A DNA stretch of 61,916 nucleotides, the filler included, from Anaerolineae bacterium (GTDB taxonomy: Bacteria > Chloroflexota > Anaerolineae > Epilineales > Epilineaceae), in assembly GCA_029262755.1 (NCBI GenBank). It is 4 parts of 4 records of this genome, joined end to end, with 100 filler letters (N's around TTAATTAATTAA, not from the genome) between each part and the next. Parts side by side here need not be neighbours in the genome. Positions count along the whole stretch, not along the records: positions 53,218 to 61,916 come from JAJCYU010000023.1; 3 more parts are not named here. One strand, written 5' to 3'. A program made the position numbers and the translations under genes. Below are positions 53,118 to 61,916 of the stretch, piece after piece. Under the pieces are notes generated by a model. That model was not told the DNA's origin, did not search any database, and saw nothing but the letters and a program-made list of their open reading frames with translations. Positions within the stretch are counted from its first letter, which is position 1. The number at the start of each line of letters is the position of its first letter.

Positions 53118-53217
53118 NNNNNNNNNNNNNNNNNNNNNNNNNNNNNNNNNNNNNNNNNNNNTTAATTAATTAANNNNNNNNNNNNNNNNNNNNNNNNNNN
53201 NNNNNNNNNNNNNNNNN
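53118..53217. other. Artificial contig spacer
   Basis: N run with TTAATTAATTAA. Confidence 0.99.
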
Positions 53218-54261
53218 GCGCGTCGGGTGCTGGTTGGTCACCCAGAGCGTGGCCTCTGAACCAGAGAGCGGGGAGATCACCAGCGGGAAGGCGACCTTGC
53301 CGGCCTGCTGCGCCTGCGGGAGGCGTAGCCCTGCGGCCGCGTAGCTCGCCCAACCGCGTTCGTCCACGTAGTCCGTTGCGGCGAGCAACTCGCCCCGGCC
53401 CTGGGCGGCCAGCGCCTCGTTGCCCATCGATAGCCGGTTTGTACCAGGCGAAACGGGGTCGTAGCTCGCAAGCGATGCCAGGGAAACCCGACCCGTGCGT
53501 GGCGGTTCGCACTCGCCACCGGGGTCAACGGATCCAATTCGGCTATTCAGCGGTAGGCACTCCAGCTCGCCGTTGACCCAGCGCGCCCGCGCGCCGCTTG
53601 GCACGAAAGGCAATACGGACGCCTGAACGATCCCAGGAACGGCGCGCCCGATGGCCAGGACGCCCGTCGCGGGCAGCCCCTCCATCGCCGCACGGTTTTG
53701 GCCGTGCCGGCTCTCGGCGGCAACCGCGATTCGCGCACCGTGCCCTGCGATCCACACGGTTCGCTCCCAGTCTTCCGCTGTGATGGTCCCTGCCACAAGC
53801 TCCGCGACAGAACCGCATGACGCGTCGGCGGTCTCCGCATCCAAGCTGTAAACGCGCAGGCTTGCGGCATCCGGGCCCGGCTCATGGGTGAGGCTTTGCA
53901 TCGCGCCGATAGGTCCAAGACAGACGGCGCGAAGGACGACCGATCGGGGCTGGTCGCAGCCGAGCTCCTGCGCGGGCGGTCCGAGCTCCACGACGACGAT
54001 GCGCGCGGGTTCCCAACCCGCATTGGTGACGAGCAACTCGCTTTCGGTTGCCCGCTCGTCGTCCACGGGGGCGTCCAGCGCGGGCAGCACATAGCGTGTG
54101 CCGTAGCGCGCGGCCGTCTCCACCACAATCGGGTTCGGGGTCGGGATCGGTCGATCGCGTTGAGCGCTCACAGACGACGCGGGGATCGTCAAGATTCCGT
54201 ATCCCAGCGCAAGGGCGGCGAAGGGTAAGATCAGCCAAGCAGCGACGTGCATCCGGTTCAT
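53218..54261 (-). CDS. Secreted hypothetical protein (3' truncated)
   Basis: AGGAGG RBS and signal peptide (VSA-Q). The frame runs off the contig. Confidence 0.65.
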
Positions 54262-54325
54262 ACGAGCCTCCTAGCGTGCGGCCGAGCCGGCCGCATCGGG
54301 CGCATCGAGCGCGCCACCGTGGGGC

Positions 54326-55141
54326 CTAACGTCCGTCCGCCCCAGAACGTTCGAGACCCCGTTGTTGTCGCTCGCAGAGCAAGCGCAAGCCGTTATGGGT
54401 CAGCAGCGGCGCGACGACATCGACGCCCGGAATCTCATCCAACAACGCAGGCAGCCAATCGGCTTCGCCCGTCGCATAGACCGTAGCCTCCGGAACGGTG
54501 CGCCGAGCAAGCGCCAGCAGACCCTCTACAAGCCCGACGTAGCCGAGCACACAGCCCGACTGGAGTGCAGTGAACGTGTCGCCGGCAATCGCGGTCTCGG
54601 GTGGCAGGAGACGCGTACCCGAAAGGCGCGCGGTGCTCCCGGCCAGCTCCGCCGCGGCGGCCTCCAGACCCGGTGCGATGATGGCTCCCAGATAGTCGCC
54701 TTCAGGACCGATGATGTCGATCGTGAGAGCCGTCGCGAAATCGAGCACGATCGCGGAACCCTGACGGGCCGCTCGGGCCGCGACCGCGTTCGCGATGCGA
54801 TCCGGTCCGACCTCGCGCGGATCCTCCGTGCGAATTCGTAGGCCTGTTCGCATACCAGGCCCGACTTCGAGCGCGGGCGAGCCGATCAGCCGCAGCAATG
54901 CGGCCCGCGTCGCCTGAGCGGCACCGGGCACGACGCATGCGAGGATGCTCTGGGAACCGGGACCCAAAGCCACACGGTCCCGTGCGACAAGGCTTGCGAA
55001 GAGTAGCGAGAGCTCGTCGACGGTGCGCCTGGATTCCGTGGCCACCGACCAATAGTGTGCAGCCTCGTCGCCGTGCCACGCAACCAGGCTTGTCTGCGCG
55101 TTGCTCACGTCGACGGTAAGCAGCGTCCCGTCCGCCGACAT
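54326..55141 (-). CDS. coaX: Type III pantothenate kinase
   Basis: DVSN, CVVP, EVGPDRIAN, DFATALTID, GAIIAPG and ATG motifs. Confidence 0.9.
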   Translation of the reverse strand: MSADGTLLTVDVSNAQTSLVAWHGDEAAHYWSVATESRRTVDELSLLFASLVARDRVALGPGSQSILACVVPGAAQATRAALLRLIGSPALEVGPGMRTGLRIRTEDPREVGPDRIANAVAARAARQGSAIVLDFATALTIDIIGPEGDYLGAIIAPGLEAAAAELAGSTARLSGTRLLPPETAIAGDTFTALQSGCVLGYVGLVEGLLALARRTVPEATVYATGEADWLPALLDEIPGVDVVAPLLTHNGLRLLCERQQRGLERSGADGR

Positions 55142-55144
55142 GAT

Positions 55145-55711
55145 TCAGTCCGCGCCGCTGATCCGGGGCAGGACAATGCCGATCTGCTGGTCGTATTTGC
55201 CCTTGCGATCTTTGTACGAGATCTGGCACTCCCGCGATCCGCGCAGGAACAGGACCTGACCGATGCCCTCGTTGGCATAGATCCGGGCCGGAAGCGGCGT
55301 CGTGTTGGAGATCTCCAAGGTCGCGTGACCTTCCCAGCCCGGCTCAAAAGGCGTGACGTTCAAGATAATGCCGCAGCGGGCATAGGTACTCTTGCCCAGA
55401 CACACCGTGATGACGTCGCGCGGAATCCGGAAATACTCGACGGTGCGCGCAAGTGCGAAGCTGTTCGGCGGCACGATGCAATAGTCATCCGTCTGGATAT
55501 CGACGAACGCCTTGTTGTCGAATGCCTTTGGATCCACGGTGGTGTAGTTGACGTTGCTGAAGATCTTGAACTCGTCGGCCACCCGGAAGTCGTAGCCGTA
55601 GCTCGACAAGCCATACGAGACGACGCCTTCGCTGACCTGATGATCGACGAAGGGTTCGATCATGCCGCCGCGGGCAACGCGCTCGGCAATCTCCGTGTCG
55701 CTGAGAACCAT
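55145..55711 (-). CDS. dcd: dCTP deaminase
   Basis: [25 protein letters not shown] and YANEGIGQ. Confidence 0.96.
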   Translation of the reverse strand: MVLSDTEIAERVARGGMIEPFVDHQVSEGVVSYGLSSYGYDFRVADEFKIFSNVNYTTVDPKAFDNKAFVDIQTDDYCIVPPNSFALARTVEYFRIPRDVITVCLGKSTYARCGIILNVTPFEPGWEGHATLEISNTTPLPARIYANEGIGQVLFLRGSRECQISYKDRKGKYDQQIGIVLPRISGAD

Positions 55712-55732
55712 CCCTGCCTCCTAGGAACGAGC

Positions 55733-55765
55733 AAACCCCGGGGCGGAACCAAGTCCGCCCCGGGG
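55733..55765 (-). terminator. Hairpin after rpmE
   Basis: CCCCGGGGCGGA-accaag-TCCGCCCCGGGG, followed by TTT on the minus strand. Confidence 0.65.
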
Positions 55766-55814
55766 CGCATTTGCGAAGCGACGGCGGCATCGACGCAGCC
55801 GCCCGCCACCGGGG

Positions 55815-56246
55815 TCAGCCTTGCGGGGTCTCGCTGGGGGCAGCGTCCGTAGCGCCCTCCGTGCCCTCGGAGGCCTTCTTGGCCTCCTCGCGCTCGCGAG
55901 CCTTCGCGGCCAGCTTTGCTTCCTTTTCGGCCTTGGCCTTGCGCACGGCGATCGGCTCGAGGCCGCGGCGCTTGCGCCGAGCCTCTTGTTCGATCCGCTT
56001 GCGCTCCTTCTTGGTGTCGGTCTCCGCGGTTCGCTGCTCCTGACCGGTTTGCAGGCGGCGCATAAAGCGCTCGACCTGGCCGGCGGTGTCAACGATGCGC
56101 TGCTGACCGGTGAAGAAGGGGTGGCACACCGAGCAGATCTCGGTCGAGATCGTCGGCACCGTCGCGCCCACCGTGAACGATGTGCTGCACGAGCCGCACG
56201 TCACGGTCGCTTCGGGAAACCAGGTGGGATGAATATCGGCCTTCAT
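55815..56246 (-). CDS. rpmE: 50S ribosomal protein L31 (Zn-binding type) with C-terminal extension
   Basis: MKADIHP, CGSC and CSVCHPFFTGQQRIVDTAGQVERF. Confidence 0.95.
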   Translation of the reverse strand: MKADIHPTWFPEATVTCGSCSTSFTVGATVPTISTEICSVCHPFFTGQQRIVDTAGQVERFMRRLQTGQEQRTAETDTKKERKRIEQEARRKRRGLEPIAVRKAKAEKEAKLAAKAREREEAKKASEGTEGATDAAPSETPQG

Positions 56247-56285
56247 GGGAAATGTTCCTCGTGTCGTGCGCGGCGCGGTGGCGGA

Positions 56286-56555
56286 TCAGGCGCGGTTGGG
56301 ATGCGTCTCGTACACGCTGACCTGCTTGCGGCCACCGGGTCGATTCTCGAATTTCACGAACCCGTTCATCGTGGCGAATATCGTGTAGTCACGGCCCAGC
56401 CCGACGTTGTGACCGGGATGGATCTTGGTCCCGCATTGCCGGACGATGATGTTGCCGGAGAGCACAGTCTCACCATCATACTTTTTGACGCCGCGGTAGG
56501 AAGGCCCGGAATCGCGAAGATTCTTAGAACTGCCGCCACCCTTCTTGTGTGCCAT
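56286..56555 (-). CDS. rpmA: 50S ribosomal protein L27
   Basis: [22 protein letters not shown] and GRDYTIFA. Confidence 0.97.
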   Translation of the reverse strand: MAHKKGGGSSKNLRDSGPSYRGVKKYDGETVLSGNIIVRQCGTKIHPGHNVGLGRDYTIFATMNGFVKFENRPGGRKQVSVYETHPNRA

Positions 56556-56578
56556 CGTCTGCTCCTGGTTTGGGAGGC

Positions 56579-56890
56579 TTAGTTCCCGATCTGGATCTGA
56601 TCGATCTGGAGACGGGTGTAGCGCTGCCGGTGGCCGCGTACCCGCTTGTATCGCTTCTTGCGCTTGTATCGCTGCACGAGGATCTTGCGACCCTTCACTT
56701 CCCCGAGCACCGTGGCGCTCACGGACGCGCCATCGACTAGCGGAAGGCCCACTTTGGGGTCATCGCCGCCGATCATCAACACGTCGAGCTTGATCTGCTC
56801 ACCTTCCGCAGCTTCGAGGAGGTGAACCTCGAGTGTCTGACCTTCGGCGACCCGGTATTGGTGGCCGCCGGACTTTACGATCGCATACAT
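56579..56890 (-). CDS. rplU: 50S ribosomal protein L21
   Basis: [14 protein letters not shown] and GHRQRYT. Confidence 0.97.
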   Translation of the reverse strand: MYAIVKSGGHQYRVAEGQTLEVHLLEAAEGEQIKLDVLMIGGDDPKVGLPLVDGASVSATVLGEVKGRKILVQRYKRKKRYKRVRGHRQRYTRLQIDQIQIGN

Positions 56891-56929
56891 CGGCGTGACT
56901 CCTACGCTAACGGTGGACAACAAACGATA

Positions 56930-56957
56930 AGTATAGGACGGGCCGCCCACTGGTCAA
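56930..56957 (-). promoter_or_regulatory. Sigma70-type promoter of rplU-rpmA-rpmE
   Basis: TTGACC-16 nt-TATACT on the minus strand. Confidence 0.65.
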
Positions 56958-57892
56958 GGACGGCTGCGTGATTTGCGTACGGCCGTGACCAATCGGACCA
57001 AGCCGTCACGTAGGGGAACCGACGCGCGCCAACCCAGAGCGCTCGATGCGGCGCCGATGTCCGCGCACATGCGGCTCACCCCGCCACTTTGTTCGGGCGA
57101 CTCCAATACGCGTGCGGAACGGCCCGTCGCACGCTCCAACTCTTGGACGAGTGCTCGCATCGACGTCTCGACGCCACTGCCGATGTTTAGGGTGCGGCCG
57201 GCGATTCCGCCCACCTCGCCGGATCGTACCAGCGCGTCCACCACGTCGTCTACGAAAACAAAATCGCGTGTCTGGGCGCCCGCGGGAGCGCCGTGAAGGA
57301 CGATGCTGGCTCCGGCGAGAATCTGCTGAGCAAAATGCGACACGACGGGCGGATGCGAGGGAGGCACGCGCTGGCCTGGGCCATAGGCGTTGAAGATCCG
57401 CAGCACGACCGCTTCGATGCGATAGAGGTCACCGATCGCGCGCACGTAGTGTTCCGCTGCCAACTTGCTGACCGCGTAGGGATTCGCCGGGTTGGGTCTG
57501 GCCGTCTCGGGAATCGGCTGCTGCATCTGGTTGCCGTAGACCGTGCCGGAGGAGGTCAGCACAACCCGCCGCACGCCGGCGTCACGCGCCGCGGCCAACA
57601 AGGCCACCGTCCCGCCTGTGTTCACCCCGTTGTATTCAACCGGATAGAGAACGGACTCTTGCACGCTGACCCGTGCCGCAAGGTGGTACACCACATCGAC
57701 GTCCGCCAGCAGCGACCACAAACGTGGTACATCCCGAACGTCGCCGCGTGTAAACGAAACGCGCGGATCCAGCTGCGAAGGATCGCCCGCGGATAGGTCG
57801 TCGAGCCCGAAGACCGCGTGCCCGTCGCCGACAAGCCGGTTGGCGAGCGGCGTCCCGAGGAAGCCTGCGACACCGGTGATCAGAACGCGCAT
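56954..57892 (-). CDS. NAD-dependent nucleotide-sugar epimerase/dehydratase
   Basis: TGVAGFLG, HLAA, YAVSK, FNAYGPGQ and RDFVFVDD. Confidence 0.92.
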   Translation of the reverse strand: MRVLITGVAGFLGTPLANRLVGDGHAVFGLDDLSAGDPSQLDPRVSFTRGDVRDVPRLWSLLADVDVVYHLAARVSVQESVLYPVEYNGVNTGGTVALLAAARDAGVRRVVLTSSGTVYGNQMQQPIPETARPNPANPYAVSKLAAEHYVRAIGDLYRIEAVVLRIFNAYGPGQRVPPSHPPVVSHFAQQILAGASIVLHGAPAGAQTRDFVFVDDVVDALVRSGEVGGIAGRTLNIGSGVETSMRALVQELERATGRSARVLESPEQSGGVSRMCADIGAASSALGWRASVPLRDGLVRLVTAVRKSRSRP

Positions 57893-57959
57893 GGCATCCA
57901 TCGTTCCACGGTTGCGTGGCTGCACGCGGTTGCCGGCGTCGATGGTGAGATCGTCATCA

Positions 57960-58940
57960 CTATCCCTCGGATCCGACGTGCCGACGCTCAGCAAGCAAAT
58001 CGCGCAGGCCCTCTCGCAGTTCGATTTCGGCGCGCCACCCAAGAAGCCGTTCGGCCTTCGAGACGTCCGGCACACGGCGACGCGTGTCCGCAAAGCCCTT
58101 ACCGTAGGCTTCGTCGTAGCTGATGTGCTCGATGGAGCCTTGGGAGCCGCTGACGTCCAGTACGGTGCGCGCGAGATCGTTGATCGTCGTCTCAAAGGCG
58201 CTCCCGACATTCACGACCTCGCCGAGCGCCTGTGGCAACGTGGCCGCGCGCACCGTCGCTTCCACCGCTTCGCTCACATGGGTGAAGCACCGACTCTGCT
58301 TGCCGTCACCGTGGACGGTCAACGGCTGGCCGGCTAGAGCCTGGCTGAGGAATCGGGCGATCACGCTACCGTATCCCTTGGGATCGAGCCTCCGGCCGAA
58401 GACGTTGAAATAGCGCACGATGGCGACGTCGAGACCGCGCTGCGCGTAGGCGAAACAGAGGTGTTCGTCCACGGCTTTCGAGCTGGAGTACGACCACCGT
58501 GCGATCCAGGTGGGCCCGAGAACTCGTGGCCCGTCTTCGCGAAACGGGATCTGATCACTCTCCCCGTAGATCTCCGACGTCGACGCAAAGACGACCCGAA
58601 CCTTGTGGGCGGCGGCGTGCTGCAGCACCAACTCCGTGCCGCGCGTGTTGGTTAGGATGGCCCAAAGGGGATCCTCCACAACGTGCGCCACCCCAACGGC
58701 GGCAGCCAGGTGATAGCACAGGTCCATACTCGGCATCGCCGACGCCAGCACGGTCTCGTCGAGCATGCTTGCACGCAGAAAACGTAGCCGCGGGTGGCCG
58801 GCTTCCAGCCAACGAGACAGGTTCTCCTCGCGACCCGTGCTGCAATCGTCGATGACCACGACGTCATGCCCGTCGGTGAGCAGGCGATCGACGAGATGGG
58901 AGCCGATGAACCCGGCGCCGCCGGTGACCAGGATGCGCAT
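57960..58940 (-). CDS. NAD-dependent nucleotide-sugar epimerase/dehydratase
   Basis: [30 protein letters not shown] and GDGKQSRCF. Confidence 0.94.
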   Translation of the reverse strand: MRILVTGGAGFIGSHLVDRLLTDGHDVVVIDDCSTGREENLSRWLEAGHPRLRFLRASMLDETVLASAMPSMDLCYHLAAAVGVAHVVEDPLWAILTNTRGTELVLQHAAAHKVRVVFASTSEIYGESDQIPFREDGPRVLGPTWIARWSYSSSKAVDEHLCFAYAQRGLDVAIVRYFNVFGRRLDPKGYGSVIARFLSQALAGQPLTVHGDGKQSRCFTHVSEAVEATVRAATLPQALGEVVNVGSAFETTINDLARTVLDVSGSQGSIEHISYDEAYGKGFADTRRRVPDVSKAERLLGWRAEIELREGLRDLLAERRHVGSEG

Positions 58941-59009
58941 ACGTTGCCCTTTAGGGAGCGAAGCGGAGCTTGGTGGGACCTCGAGGGGGAAGCGGGCACC
59001 GATTGTAGG

Positions 59010-60167
59010 TCACTCGGCGCGCCCTGCGCCATACCCGCGCCTTGCCGTCTCATAGATCGCGAGGACGTCACGCACCATGCGGTCGCTTGAGAAGTGTTGC
59101 TCGGCCCGCGCCCGCGCACTGCGTCCCAGCTCGGCTCGGCGATTCTCGGGTTCGAGAAGCGCGCGGATGCCTGCTGCTAGGGCCTCAGGATCGTTCGGCG
59201 CTACGACCGTACCCGTGACGCGGTCTTGGTTCAGCCAGGAGGTACCCGTACCAAGTTCCGTGCTGATCACCGGCAGCCCCGCGGCCATCGCCTCGAGCAT
59301 CGCGATCCCAAAGGCTTCGCTCCGCGCCGACGCGGGCAGCACGAATGCGTCGCCAGCCGCTAGGACCGCCGGTAGGTCCTCATCGCTTACATCGCCCAGC
59401 CATCGCACTTGATGTGCGACGCCGTTTGCCGCGGCCTGTTCGCGCAGCGCTGGTCCCATCGGACCCGAGCCGACAACGAGCACGCGTACCCCGGGCAGCA
59501 ACGGAAGCGCATCCAGCAAGACGTGTAGGCCTTTGTAGTAGCGCAGACGGCCCACGAAGACGATGTAGTGCGCCGAAGGGGGCGAAGGGGGTATCGCGCC
59601 TTCATCGCGCCACCGTTCGCGCGCCGCGGCAACGTCGGCGGGGTCGAGCCGAAATCGATGGACGTCGATGCCGTAGGGCACGACGGATGGTCGCGGCTGG
59701 AGCGCGGCGAGAAACGGCGACCCGTCTGCCATCGATGGGCTGCCCGCGATCACATGCGCCGCCCGTGCAAGCACGCGGCGCAAACCGGGCGCCCAGAGGC
59801 GCATGAGGGTTCGCTGGCGGACTACGTCGGCGTGGTAGCTCAGGATCATGGGGCCGCGGCCCAGGAGCAACCAGGCCAGCTCCGCCACGGGATAGGGTGC
59901 GTGAAGGTGCACGATATCGGCCTTCCATCGTGCCAGCCGCCAGACGAGGTCCAATGAGAGGGGTGTCGACGCCAGGGTGGCCCACCGCGCGGCCCGCAGG
60001 ACCCGCACACCGTTCAGCCACTCGTCGTCTCGTCGCGCACGGCTCGCGGTCACGAGCACGGTGACATCGTGACCGGCGGCAACCTGTCCCTCTGCGAGCG
60101 CACGGACGTGGTTTTCGATCCCGCCGAGAACCGGCGCGTAGTCTTTGTAGACGTGCAGGATGCGCAC
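59010..60167 (-). CDS. Glycosyltransferase family 4
   Basis: [15 protein letters not shown] and [17 protein letters not shown]. Confidence 0.93.
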   Translation of the reverse strand: MRILHVYKDYAPVLGGIENHVRALAEGQVAAGHDVTVLVTASRARRDDEWLNGVRVLRAARWATLASTPLSLDLVWRLARWKADIVHLHAPYPVAELAWLLLGRGPMILSYHADVVRQRTLMRLWAPGLRRVLARAAHVIAGSPSMADGSPFLAALQPRPSVVPYGIDVHRFRLDPADVAAARERWRDEGAIPPSPPSAHYIVFVGRLRYYKGLHVLLDALPLLPGVRVLVVGSGPMGPALREQAAANGVAHQVRWLGDVSDEDLPAVLAAGDAFVLPASARSEAFGIAMLEAMAAGLPVISTELGTGTSWLNQDRVTGTVVAPNDPEALAAGIRALLEPENRRAELGRSARARAEQHFSSDRMVRDVLAIYETARRGYGAGRAE

Positions 60168-60197
60168 GAGGTCCCCTCATTGTTGGTACGGCTCGAA

Positions 60198-60923
60198 TCA
60201 GCCGCGCCGGTGGTGCTCGTTCATCGCCAAGCGCACGCCGTTCTCGACCACGGCCCGCACGATATCGGCGCTCTCGCCGACCATCGCGCGCGCAACGGGC
60301 TCCTGCACGCGATCGAATCGGCCGAGCACCCAGCCGGTCTTGTCCCAGCCGGGAGGGGGGCGGTCGACCCCCATGCGCAGGCGCGGAAACTCGCGGGTGC
60401 CCAGCTGCCGGACGATGTCGGAGAGCCCGTTGTGGCCGGCCGTGCCACCGCCCTCGCGCAGGCGGATTGTTCCCAGCGCAAGATCCATCTCGTCGTAGAC
60501 GATCAAGAGTTGTTCGGGTGGGACCTTGTAGAAGCGCGCCAAGGACGCGGCAGGTCGTCCACTCTCGTTCATATAGACCGTAGTCAGGGCGAGAGCGACG
60601 CGCGATCCCGCCAGCCGCCCCAGTCCAAAGCGGGCGCCGTGCTTGATCGTTCCGAGCGCGATGCCTTCCCGTTCGGCCAGCAACGACACGGCGTCACGAC
60701 CGACGTTGTGCCGCGACCCTTCATATTTTTCGCCGGGATTGCCGAGTCCAAGGATGATCCAATCCACGTTGCTAGCTCCGTTTTCTGCGCCTAACTCTGC
60801 GCCCAACTCAGCGCCCTTCTGAGTGCGGCTGGGTGCGTCCGGATCACGACGGTCCGACCGCTGAGCTACACGTGCCAAAAGGGCGCGCAAACGCGTGGCG
60901 AACCAGCCCCGCTCATCGCTCAT
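60198..60923 (-). CDS. pth: Peptidyl-tRNA hydrolase (alternative start 60767)
   Basis: GLGNPG..Y...RHNVG, YMNESG, YDEMDL and GHNGL. Confidence 0.95.
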   Translation of the reverse strand: MSDERGWFATRLRALLARVAQRSDRRDPDAPSRTQKGAELGAELGAENGASNVDWIILGLGNPGEKYEGSRHNVGRDAVSLLAEREGIALGTIKHGARFGLGRLAGSRVALALTTVYMNESGRPAASLARFYKVPPEQLLIVYDEMDLALGTIRLREGGGTAGHNGLSDIVRQLGTREFPRLRMGVDRPPPGWDKTGWVLGRFDRVQEPVARAMVGESADIVRAVVENGVRLAMNEHHRRG

Positions 60924-61762
60924 CTTCGAACGAGCAATATGAGCAGCGCCAACCCCGCGGCGAGGGCCAGCAGGATGCCGACCGCGAAACGTCGTCCCAT
61001 GCCGGCCCAGGTCTCCCGTGGCGGCGAGGTGTCGCGCGGCACGACCGGCTCCGATGTCGCCGGCGTATCCTGGTCCGCATCCGGGGGCCCCTCATCGGCG
61101 GGCGGTTCGGCGGCGTCCAGGTCCTGCGAGCCGGACGCGTCGGTCGTTGCGGACGGCGCTTCGACCACGGACGGTGGCGTTGATGACGCCGCTGCCGCCC
61201 CCTCGTCGCTCGACGTCGCAACCGCGCTTGGCGGCTCGGTCGCGCCGACACGCAGAGTTTCGGGCGCCTCGGTCGAGGCCGGTGCGCTGGCCTCCGCCGT
61301 CGGCAACATCGGGGGCGCGCTCGCCGTCCCGAGTGCGGCCACCTCATTCGCGACCTGCACGTCCTCGACGACGAATCGGCAACGCTCGCCGTGATCCTGG
61401 TCGACCACCGTCAGCTTAAGCCGATAGGCGCCGTCCTCGAGCGCGCGAACGTCCCAGGTATCGAGACGGTCATTGCGCACGGCGGAAGACACGACATCCG
61501 AAACGGCGATCCACTGCTCGGGATCGCCTGCGCGCGCCCATTCCAGCTTATAGAAGTTGAAGCGATCGATCGACGCACTACCGGTGATTTCGGCCAAGCC
61601 CTGCACGCCCGCGCCGGGGAAGGGCGCGCTGACCGTGGAGGCCGCGCAATCCTCCTGGGCGTGCACGGGCTTAGCCGACGTCAGCACGACGGCCAAAAGC
61701 AGCATGCCGCTGAGAAGCGGTCGGTTCGTCGCGACGGACCAGTAGCACGACACCCGCGTCAA
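60920..61762 (-). CDS. Exported protein with Ig-like domain, low-complexity stalk and C-terminal TM anchor
   Basis: Signal peptide (VHA-Q), ITGSA...YKLEW...WDV...[12 protein letters not shown] and a terminal TM helix followed by RR. Confidence 0.65.
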   Translation of the reverse strand: MTRVSCYWSVATNRPLLSGMLLLAVVLTSAKPVHAQEDCAASTVSAPFPGAGVQGLAEITGSASIDRFNFYKLEWARAGDPEQWIAVSDVVSSAVRNDRLDTWDVRALEDGAYRLKLTVVDQDHGERCRFVVEDVQVANEVAALGTASAPPMLPTAEASAPASTEAPETLRVGATEPPSAVATSSDEGAAAASSTPPSVVEAPSATTDASGSQDLDAAEPPADEGPPDADQDTPATSEPVVPRDTSPPRETWAGMGRRFAVGILLALAAGLALLILLVRR

Positions 61763-61916
61763 CCGCCCTTGATCGCGCGCACGGCCTCGGTGAGTCGGGG
61801 CACGACCTCAAACACGTCGCCTACGATTCCAAAGTCCGCGACCGCGAAGATGGGCGCTTCGCCATCTTTGTTGATGGCCACGATGGTCTTGGCTGTCTTC
61901 ATGCCGGCCAGGTGCT
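61759..61916 (-). CDS. etfA: Electron transfer flavoprotein alpha subunit, 3' end
   Basis: Manual translation gives [41 protein letters not shown]. Confidence 0.92.
   Translation of the reverse strand, partial: HLAGMKTAKTIVAINKDGEAPIFAVADFGIVGDVFEVVPRLTEAVRAIKGG

Noticed and set aside
30080..53217. Three identical N/TTAATTAATTAA blocks and gene adjacencies across them
   Set aside because: These are artificial concatenation spacers, so cross-gap neighbourhoods and ORFs running into X are not biological.
55090..55120. CoaX DVSNAQT instead of DxGNT
   Set aside because: The other motifs are intact and this is insufficient to claim altered function.

Overview
The window is GC-rich bacterial DNA, probably Chloroflexota (inferred from the rplU-rpmA-rpmE order, a GAAC-N4-GTTC LexA box and C-terminal L/M-P-x3-R tails on exported proteins). 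It consists of four contigs joined by artificial 100-nt N/TTAATTAATTAA spacers at 30080-30179, 41343-41442 and 53118-53217. Contig 1 carries an IDO/PrnB-like heme enzyme, kynB, ychF, a cytochrome c, uvrB, an FG-GAP protein, DUF503, an NYN protein, miaB, lipoproteins, uvrA with an SOS box, a PBP, a dynamin-like GTPase and a large beta-helix protein. Contig 2 carries a hydrolase, a DNRLRE-like protein, a deletion-frameshifted NhaP-type antiporter, ndk, a GAF/PAS kinase-NtrC-rpoN module and a discoidin protein. Contig 3 holds one end of a tyrosine-integrase element at tRNA-Trp (DUF4365-type nuclease, decayed MGE gene, RadC/JAB, lipoprotein) and two hybrid kinases. Contig 4 is housekeeping: coaX, dcd, rpmE/rpmA/rplU, two epimerases, a GT4, pth and the etfA 3' end. 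The best leads are the tRNA-Trp island as a candidate defence locus, a shared C-terminal putative sorting motif, an atypical sigma-54, a 176-nt intergenic rod-like palindrome, a probable CTG start and alternating C/G codon blocks. All family calls come from reading motifs by eye; no database search was run.
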